The translations under genes were made by a program, and so were the position numbers. Under the pieces are notes generated by a model. The model worked only from the letters and a program-made list of their open reading frames with translations, was not told the DNA's origin and did not search any database. Shown in pieces: positions 9,031 to 16,979 of a stretch of 64,000 nucleotides of DNA. The DNA comes from an uncultured Candidatus Binatia bacterium (GTDB lineage: Bacteria > Desulfobacterota > Binatia > UBA9968 > JAJDTQ01), in assembly GCA_964291295.2 (NCBI GenBank), contig OZ219754.1, positions 2,272,001 to 2,336,000 of the forward strand, in the 5' to 3' direction. Each line of letters starts with the position of its first letter. Within the stretch, counting starts at the first letter, position 1.

Positions 9031-11940
9031 ATGCGCGTGCGATTCCTTTTCGCGGCCTTGGGGGTGTCCGCGGCGGCGGTCCTGGCCGGACCCGGGGTGT
9101 GGCCCGGCCTCGGCCAGACGCCGCCCGGCACCGCCGAAGAACGGCAGGAGCCCGGGCCGGCGGCGGAGTTCCCGCGGCCGGTGGAACCGCCGCCCGCGGA
9201 GTCGGCCGCCGAGACCCGGACGCCGACGCAGGCCCGGCCCGCAGGGGAGCCCGAGGGCTCCCGGGAGACCGGCCCGCGCACCGCGGCAAGCCTCGATTTC
9301 GAGGAGGCGGTCCTGGATGACCGCATCGCCATCATCGAAGAACATCTCACCGAGACGACATCGCGGGTAGACAGCGTGTTCACGGCGCTGGAACTGGGGG
9401 TGCTGAAGGTACAGAAGGAGACCCTCGGGCGCCGCCGTGAACTTGAGGCGATACGGAGCCGGCTTTCCGAGCAGGAGCGTCTCACCGCCCAGGATCTGCG
9501 CAACAAGCAACGGCTGGTGGAGCTGGTGGAGCGTTACGGCGCCGGCGACTGGGTGGCGCGCCACATCAAGGTGGAACTGGAGAAATTCCGCCATCGGACG
9601 CAACGGAGCCCGGTCCGGGCCACGGATGAAGAGTTGTTGCGCCAGCGCCTTCGGGAGTACCGCCAGTCCCTGTTCGAACTCGGTACGCGGCTGTTCCGCG
9701 TCGACTCGGAGGCCCGGGACCTTGCCCAAGCGCTGTCGGCGGAGATGCGGGCGACGCCGGCCGTCAGCGCCCGGCTCGACAGCCTGCTGAGCGACCGCAA
9801 GCGGGCGCTTCAGGCCCAGGAGCGTGTCCTCGACGAGCTGGCGGTGCACACCACGCGGCTGGCGGACCTCGTGCGCCAGCGGGAAGACCACTTCGAGGGG
9901 CTCTACACCCTTGTCCTGGGCAGGATGCTGTGGCTGCGCAACCGCGAGCCGGTGTTCCATCGGGCGCTCTTCGGTCATGCCCTGGATGGCGCGGCGGCAC
10001 TGGCGGGACGCCTCTCCGGCTGGCCTTGGCGGGAATGGCAGATTGTCCAGATCCGATTCGCCGCGTCGTCGTGGCCGTGGGCGGCGGCGGTGCTGGTGTT
10101 TGCCGTGGCCCCCTGGCTGGCGGTGCACGCGCGCCGGCTACTCGGGGCGCCGCGGGCCGTGCCGGCGCATCGCGCGGCCTTGCTGTTGGCCGGCCGCGCC
10201 GCGGTCTGGCCCGCATTCATCATCCTCGTCACCTGGTCGCTGCCGCAGTTCGGCCTGTCTCGCAACGACGCCCTCGGTCCGGCGTTGGCCGGGGCGTTGC
10301 AGGTGGCCGCGCTGGTGCTCTGGATCGCGCTGTTCGGTCGGGCGCTCTTCCGATCGGACGGCCACGGGGAGCGGCGCTGGGGGCTGACTCCGGAAGCCGG
10401 ACGGTTGCTTCGGACCGGGGTGGTTGCGGGGTGCGCGGCGGCGTTGGTGTTGCTGGTTCCGCGCCACGTGCTGCTGAATGCCCCGGGAGACGACGTGGCC
10501 GAGAGCCTGGCGCTGGCCCGCCTGCTGATGGTGGCCTTTGCACTGGTGGTGCTGGCGCTGGTGGCAGTGGGGCTGCGCCGGCGTGGCGCCTTGATGCAGA
10601 CGGTCCTCCGACACAGCCGCTCGCAGGAAGGGTTCCTGTGGTCGGTGTGGCCCTTGGTGCATCTGGTGGCGGCGGCGGTGTTGGCCGGCACCGTGGTCCT
10701 GAATCTGGCGGGCTACCAGTATGCGTCGCAGTTCATCTGGCAGAGGATCATGGCCACCGGGCTGGTGGTGCTGGTGGCGCTGTGGTTGTCGTTCTATCTG
10801 AAGAGCGCGGTGCGGGCCGTGTGGCAGAGGGTCGTTGCCGGGGGCGGCGCACCGGCACCGCAGGGTGGCCGGGCCGACACTGCGCACGCCGGCCTGCTGT
10901 GCACGCTGGTGGACCTGCCGCTGGCTCTGCTGGCGGCGGTGGTGCTGCTGGAGACATGGGGCGTCTCCGTGATGGAGTTCTTCGGCACGCCGGCGGGCGG
11001 GACGGTGCTGGCGCGGGCCGGGCTGATCGCGTTGGTGATCGCCGCCGGGCTGGGCCTCATACGCCTCAGCAACGCCACGGTGCTGTCGCTGCTGCGCCCG
11101 AGGGTTCTGGATCTTGTCGGCAGCCGGGAGGCGGGGCGAAGGCTTCAGACCCTTGCGCCGCTGGCGCAGACATCGGTGAAGCTGCTGGTGGTACTGGTGG
11201 GGTTCCTGCTGATCCTGCAACTGGTGGGGGTGGAGACCGGACCGCTGCTGGCGGGGGTGGGGATATTCGGACTGGCGGTGGGTTTTGCCGCGCAGTCGCT
11301 CATCAAGGATGTCATCAACGGCCTGTTCATCCTGACGGAGGGCAGCCTGGGTGCGGGCGACGTGGTGGACGTGGGCGGGGTTGCGGGCGTGGTGGAGAAG
11401 GTGACGCTGCGCTCGGTGCGCATCCGCGACTTGAGCGGCAATGTGCACTTCGTTCCCAACAGCACCATCGAGCACGTTCAGAACATGACCAAGGACTACT
11501 CCCGCTATCTGCTCGACGTGGGGGTGGGCTATCGCGAGGACACCGACGAGGTAGTGGCGGTCATGAAGGAGGTGGACGAAACCATGCGCCGGGATCCGCA
11601 GTTTCGCCGGGACATGCTGGAGCCCATCGAGATCCTGGGCGTGGACCGGTTTGAGGATTCCGCGGTAATCGTGCGCGGCCGGCTCAAGACCCGTCCGGTG
11701 GAACAGTGGCGCATCGGGCGCGAGTACAACCGCCGTCTCAAGAAGGCCTTTGACGAGCGCGGCATCGAGATACCTTTTCCGCACCGCACCGTCTATTGGG
11801 GCGAGACCAAGCAGGGACAGCCTCCGCTGCAGGTGGAGCACAGGAGCCCGGCGCCGACGGCGCCCCCCGGTGCGCCGGAAGCGGAGAAGCAGAAGGAGGG
11901 AGAACCCCGTGGCACGAAGCAGTTCGAGACTGAATCTTGA
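9031..11940 (+). CDS. Large mechanosensitive ion channel MscS-family protein with N-terminal periplasmic coiled coil
   Basis: GLAVGFAAQSLIKDVINGLFIL, GDVVDV..G.VEKVTLRSVRIRD..G.VHFVPN, GIEIPFP; signal peptide from 9031. Confidence 0.9.
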   Translation: MRVRFLFAALGVSAAAVLAGPGVWPGLGQTPPGTAEERQEPGPAAEFPRPVEPPPAESAAETRTPTQARPAGEPEGSRETGPRTAASLDFEEAVLDDRIAIIEEHLTETTSRVDSVFTALELGVLKVQKETLGRRRELEAIRSRLSEQERLTAQDLRNKQRLVELVERYGAGDWVARHIKVELEKFRHRTQRSPVRATDEELLRQRLREYRQSLFELGTRLFRVDSEARDLAQALSAEMRATPAVSARLDSLLSDRKRALQAQERVLDELAVHTTRLADLVRQREDHFEGLYTLVLGRMLWLRNREPVFHRALFGHALDGAAALAGRLSGWPWREWQIVQIRFAASSWPWAAAVLVFAVAPWLAVHARRLLGAPRAVPAHRAALLLAGRAAVWPAFIILVTWSLPQFGLSRNDALGPALAGALQVAALVLWIALFGRALFRSDGHGERRWGLTPEAGRLLRTGVVAGCAAALVLLVPRHVLLNAPGDDVAESLALARLLMVAFALVVLALVAVGLRRRGALMQTVLRHSRSQEGFLWSVWPLVHLVAAAVLAGTVVLNLAGYQYASQFIWQRIMATGLVVLVALWLSFYLKSAVRAVWQRVVAGGGAPAPQGGRADTAHAGLLCTLVDLPLALLAAVVLLETWGVSVMEFFGTPAGGTVLARAGLIALVIAAGLGLIRLSNATVLSLLRPRVLDLVGSREAGRRLQTLAPLAQTSVKLLVVLVGFLLILQLVGVETGPLLAGVGIFGLAVGFAAQSLIKDVINGLFILTEGSLGAGDVVDVGGVAGVVEKVTLRSVRIRDLSGNVHFVPNSTIEHVQNMTKDYSRYLLDVGVGYREDTDEVVAVMKEVDETMRRDPQFRRDMLEPIEILGVDRFEDSAVIVRGRLKTRPVEQWRIGREYNRRLKKAFDERGIEIPFPHRTVYWGETKQGQPPLQVEHRSPAPTAPPGAPEAEKQKEGEPRGTKQFETES

Positions 11941-12346
11941 AAAGGCGGCGGTCATCGTCGACGAGACCCTGGCCCAGGCCCGCCGACTGGACCTCAAGCC
12001 CATGTGCGTGGCCGTGCTCGACGACGGCGGCCACCTCAAGGCGCTCAAGCGCGAGGACGGCGCCAGCATCCTGCGCCCGCAGATCGCCATCGGCAAGGCC
12101 TGGGGCGCCCTGGGCATGGGCGGCTCGAGCCGTTCCATCGCCGACCGCCTCAAGGACCGCCCCTCGTTCCTCGCCGCCCTCACCGACCTGGCCCACGGCA
12201 AGGTGGTACCCGCCGCCGGCGGCCTGCTCATCCGCGACGGAGACGAAGTGGTGGGCGCCGTCGGCGTGAGCGGCGGCACCTCCGACGAGGACGAAGACAT
12301 CGCCCGGGTGGGCGTCGCCGCCGCGGGCCTGGACTGCTTCGATTGA
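11909..12346 (+). CDS. GlcG/HbpS-family heme-binding protein
   Basis: VAVLDDGGHL...REDGA...IAIGKAWGA, GGLLI...GAVGVSGGTSDEDE; GTG start after an aggaggg RBS. Confidence 0.88.
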   Translation: MARSSSRLNLEKAAVIVDETLAQARRLDLKPMCVAVLDDGGHLKALKREDGASILRPQIAIGKAWGALGMGGSSRSIADRLKDRPSFLAALTDLAHGKVVPAAGGLLIRDGDEVVGAVGVSGGTSDEDEDIARVGVAAAGLDCFD

Positions 12347-12482
12347 TTCGGACGCGGGAGGGGCTACGGCGTTCTGCCGGTCCGGGAGGCGGGTGCCCGC
12401 TGGATCGCAGTCCTGCTTGCATTGCAGTTGGCTGTTCCGCTGCCTGAACGAACACCACGAACGAATACGACAGCAGACCGCT

Positions 12483-15400
12483 CTACGTGGCGCCGGCGCC
12501 AAGGTCAGGCATTTCTCCGCGTTCCAACTGGTCGAAAGCCCGGAGCACGTAACGTTGTGTGCGGTACTCGCCGAATTGCTTCATTTCGTTCTGCTTGAGT
12601 GACGGAAACGAGGAGCTTGGCGGCTCGGCATCCAGGATCCATTGCAGATCGCAACGATTCAATCCGTACATGTGCGCAAAGACTGCATCGAGTTCACACC
12701 GCAGGCGATGGCGGCGCTGCTCGTCCCAAGGGAAGGGCGGACCTTCAAAACCCAGGTCGCCGGCGAATCCAGCCATATCCTCCGACGTATAGGTCAACTC
12801 CAAGACCCGCGGCACGATGTGTTGAACGTATGGCAGGCCGACGGTGCTGTGCTTCAAGTACTCCTCTGGCGGCAATACGGGGAGTTGCTTGACGATGAAG
12901 AAGCTCATGTGACTCCCGCCAACAGATACTCTGGCGGCCCAGTCGAGTGGCAGGCTGTTCATGTTCGCCAAGACCAGGAGTGAAGCCACTGCCCTTGCCC
13001 GGTCAAAATTCATCAACGAAGTTGTATGACCTGTGCCGCTCTCAGGCAGCGAAGCGGCGAGCAGTGTCCGCTCGTTGGTCGAATTCGTGATATCGCGAAA
13101 CGCTTGAAGAACCTTCACCGGGTCGAGTCGGATGATCGGAGCACCTTCGTTCATCGCTGAGGGTCCACGACAAACGGCAAAAATCGCCGTTCGCCGATTT
13201 GTTGCGTTTGTGATGTTCCTGAAGGAGAAAACCCAAGGAACAGTATCGTTGCCGTATGGCCCACTGCGACGCTCGGCATCATGGATATGACCCCGGTTCG
13301 CTCGTCGGTCGCTCGCGCGACATCCCGCAGAGCGAGTTGCCAGCCAAGGCGGCAAGAGCGTCGAATTCGATCTGTCGATCTGTCGATCTGTCGATCTGTC
13401 GATCTGTCGATCTGTCGATCTGTCGATCTGTCGATCTGTCGATCTGTCGATCTGTCGATCTGTCGATCTGTCGATCTGTCGATCTGTCGATCTGTCGATC
13501 TGTCGATCTGTCGATCTGTCGATCTGTCGATGAACAATCCTGTGCTCACTTCGCTCTTGTCAAGTCTTTCCGCAACTTCCCTTTCCGAAACCCAGTATCG
13601 TGGAACGGCAACGGTTCCCGGGTCCGACTTTTCTTTTGCGGTCATCAGGCGGGCGTTGCCCTTCTTGATGTCACTGTCAGAGACGTTATCGAAGGTGGCG
13701 AACCGGTGGTCGTACTGATGGAACAGCTTGGCCTCGTAGAGCGGCAGATAGCGCTCATCCTCCTTCACGAACACGCTGCCATCAAGCATCCACCCGTCGT
13801 CTTCCATCTCCGTTCGTGTTCGAAAGAGCCCGGAGTCGTTGGACATGTCAAACATGCGCTGGAATGACACGCCCCACGGATTGTCTTCCGGTTGCGAATC
13901 GTTGCCTTCCCTCCAGAACACCCCGGCGCGGCGGTACATCTTGCACGCGATTTCCATGTCGCGCCGCGTGCGGAAAATGGGGCAGGTCCGAGTATTGGGA
14001 TTGAACAGCGAGAAGTCTTCCGCGCTGAGCGTGAACCGCCGTTCAGCCTCCTTCAACTGTTCGGGCTGGTGCAGGAAGAAGGCGAACTCGGCTGCGGGAA
14101 CAGGATTGGCCTCGCCGCTCAGCGTGAGGAGGCTGAACTTGATCCGACTATGAATCCCGGGAAAGATTTTCTCCCGGTTCTCGAAGTCGAACAGGCTGAC
14201 AAGCCTTTTTTCTGAAACAATGTGGCCAAAGAACTTCTTGGTCGAGTCATCGGTGGCGATGCCGGTGGGCACGATCATCCCCGCACGACCTTGCGGGTTG
14301 AGGAGTTGCAGAAATGTCTCCGCGAATACGGCATAGGTGTTGAGATCACCGATCCCGGTCAGCGGGAATCTGCCGCCGGTCCGTGCATACTGGCTGGCCG
14401 CCTCAGCGTCATGTTTTGCGGTCTCAAATTCCCGAAAGAGGGCCTTTTCAAATGGCGGAGCCTCCTCGTGGTTCAGTTGCCGGATCAATCGGTCCCGTGC
14501 GGCCTTGTTGCGAGCGGCGGCGATTTCCGAATACCGCGAGGCGAAGAACTCCTGTTCCTGCAGCTTGATGCGCTCCCACGGCGGATTGCCGAGAACTACA
14601 TCGAAACCGCCTGCCTTCATGATCTTTTCAAACGCCAGATGCCAGTGCCGGAAATTGTGCTTGTAGGCCAGTCTCTTTTTTGCAAGGTCTACGACGTCAC
14701 GGCGCTGCAGGCGGTTCTCTCTCAGCCGCAAGAGGTCCCGGGTTTGGGGCACGATCTCCAGGGTTTTCGGTGTCTTGGGCGCGAAGTACGCACCCACAAA
14801 GAGGTCGGCGCACAGGGATTCGCGGGCTTGGTCGCTGAGCACCATCTGGTACGTGTCTCGTTTGTTCTCGACGTCACGCAGCGTGTTCTCGGGCATGGCA
14901 TTGAGATCGGGGCTTGCGTTGTCGATCTTCGGCACGGGGTCGTCAGTGAACGAGAGGTATTCCTGCCCCCTCTGGCTGTTGTGTTTCTTGAGATCACGGC
15001 AAACACCCTTGTCGTCTCCCGTCAACGGTTTGTAGGCGTCGCCCGGAATGCCGTTTTCCATGATCGCCGGATCGAGGATGCCGACCAGGCTATCGCCTTC
15101 AAGGATGTGGGCATCAAGGAATGTGAGCGGTTTGCCCGGCTCGACGGCTTCCATCCACAGGGCGGTCTTGCAGAGTTCGACGGCGAGCGGATTTCGGTCC
15201 ACGCCGTAGATGCAGTGTTGCAGCACCTCGCGCAGGGCATGTTGGCGGGCGGCTTCGTCCGGGGTGTCGCCGCTCGATTCGGCGCGGACGATCTCGGTGG
15301 CGAGGCGCCGCGCCGCCGCCAGCAGGAAGTGGCCCGAACCGCAGGCGGGATCGAGGATCTTCAATTCGAGAATGGCATCCCGGGGGGGGGGGGGTAGCTG

Positions 15401-16979
15401 CACCGTTGGCAACGGCCTGGCGAATGACGGGATCGAGCGTTGACTTGACGAGTTCGTTCACCAGTGCGGGGGGCGTGTAATAGGAACCCGTCAACTTGCG
15501 CTCGGACCCCCTGGTCTGTTCGCGGTTGTCGTCGCCGCTGAAGGTGAATGTCCACGGCGAAGTGTCCACATGGACGACGGGTCGAAGCTCCAGCAGGCTT
15601 TCGTATACCGACCCCAACTCTTCGGTGTCCATGTCCCGGTAGTTGACGCGGGCAAGCGTTTTGTCGGAGCGGAAGAATGCGAGTGTGCGAATCGCTTCCA
15701 GCAGGTGCTCGTTGGCGATGGCCGCACCGTCGAGGTCCGGGCACTGGTCGGCCCGGAACAGCTCGTCCAGAGCCGGCAGGCCAAGGTGGTCGCGAGCGCC
15801 CTCGGCCAGCGCCCGGAAGGTGACCTGAAGTCCTTGCCAGAGATCGTGGTTCCGGTCGTAGTGCCGGCGGCGCAGGGCGCGTTCGCGCAGCCGGGAGAGG
15901 GCATAGCCTTCGGCGAACACGGCGCGCTGTTCCCTGGTGGCCTCCGGTGCGTGGAGCAGATCGCGCTCCTCGGCCACGAAGAGAAAGAGCAGGCGGTAGA
16001 CGAGGCGAAGGATCTGCTGGAAGTAGCGCTCGGGCGAGAGCGCGCTGGATTGGCGCGAGCGCGACGGGGAGTCCGTTTCCCCGGAGGAGGGGAAGCGCCC
16101 TTCGGGCGGGAGGTCGCCGGACTCGCGCTCTTCGCCCAGTGCGAGGTTCTGGCGCAGTTCGGCGTTGGAGGGATGCTGCAGGAAGCCGTTGCCGAGTTGG
16201 CGCAGGGAGTCGGTGACGCCGTGGCGGAGATTCTCCCGGATCCGCTCGCCGGTCTCGTGCGCCTTCTTGCGCCAGGACTCGATGATGCATTGCGACGGGT
16301 CGCCGTTGTCGGGGCGAAGGCGGCTGGCATGGGTACAGAGCCAGAGTGCGGCGAAGTCGGAATAGAGTTTCTCGTCGAAGAGGAGATCGAGGTCGGCCTC
16401 GATGCAGGCGGGCCGGGTCAGGCTCGCGTTGTCGCGCAGAAGGCGGAGCTTCGATCCGTTGGAGACCATTCCCCACAGCGCTCCCTCCTCGGCGTTGAGG
16501 TACTCCTGCATCATGCCGTGGGGTGCCCGCCCGCGTCCGTCCTGCCCGAAACGCGGATCGGCCTTGTCCAGGTCGAAATCGCGCGTCACCAGCAGCATGG
16601 GCACGGTGCCGCCGCAGGCGCGGTGCGTCAATCTGAAGACGCGGTCCTCGCGCACGATCGCTCCGGCGGCGGTGAGGTCGTCATAGCCGAGAACCTTGCG
16701 CAGGAGCGGGTCGAGCCACTTCGCGACGCCAACCCGCGACCGGGGGATGTCGCGCCGTGGATGTCGCTCGGCATAGCGTCCGTGGAGGTCGCTGGCCATG
16801 CGCCAGTACCTGGCCAGTTCTTCCCTGACGGCGAGGGATTTCGACAGCCCGTAGTGGGCACCCGTCTGGCTCGGGGCCTTGAGCGCGGCCACGGTCTGGA
16901 GGAACTCCGGCGGCAGGATGCCGCCTTCGATCTTCAATGCCGTAAATCCCCGGCTTCGCCGCGCGCTCGCCACGGTCAC
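12483..16979 (-). CDS. Large N6-adenine DNA methyltransferase (Eco57I/Type IIG-like, DISARM DrmMI-like), split by two simple-sequence-repeat frameshifts
   Basis: GTG start overlaps the SNF2 stop (GTGA); EELGSVYESLLEL, RKLTGSYYTP, motif I ILDPACGSGHFL, motif IV GNPPW; C-terminal LANMNSL.LDW.AR..VGG.H.SFF..KQLPVLPP; frame changes at the G13 tract (15382-15394) and after the octamer array. Confidence 0.9.
13367..13531. repeat. Octanucleotide tandem repeat (TCGATCTG)x20 plus 5 nt, inside the methyltransferase gene
   Basis: Perfect units counted from 13367 to 13526, plus a partial TCGAT. Confidence 0.97.
15382..15394. repeat. G13 (coding-strand C13) homopolymer tract at a frameshift in the methyltransferase gene
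   Basis: ccc-G13-tagc; C12 or C15 would join VIRQAVANGAATPPP in frame to RDAILELKILDPACGSG. Confidence 0.95.

Noticed and set aside
13225-13245. Programmed -1 ribosomal frameshift joining cassette 1 to cassette 2
   Set aside because: The GGGTTTT run is not phased as an X XXY YYZ slippery site in the cassette-1 frame (ctt ggg ttt tct).
13002-13342. Diversity-generating retroelement or invertase shufflon acting on the cassettes
   Set aside because: No reverse transcriptase or intact recombinase nearby, no near-identical TR/VR pair, and no inverted repeats; the cassettes are direct and highly diverged in DNA.
13367-13531. CRISPR array or plus-strand ORFs 13256-13867 / 13281-13718 (SICRSVDL repeats)
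   Set aside because: Spacerless microsatellite; the plus-strand ORFs are antisense translations of the repeat and the MTase.
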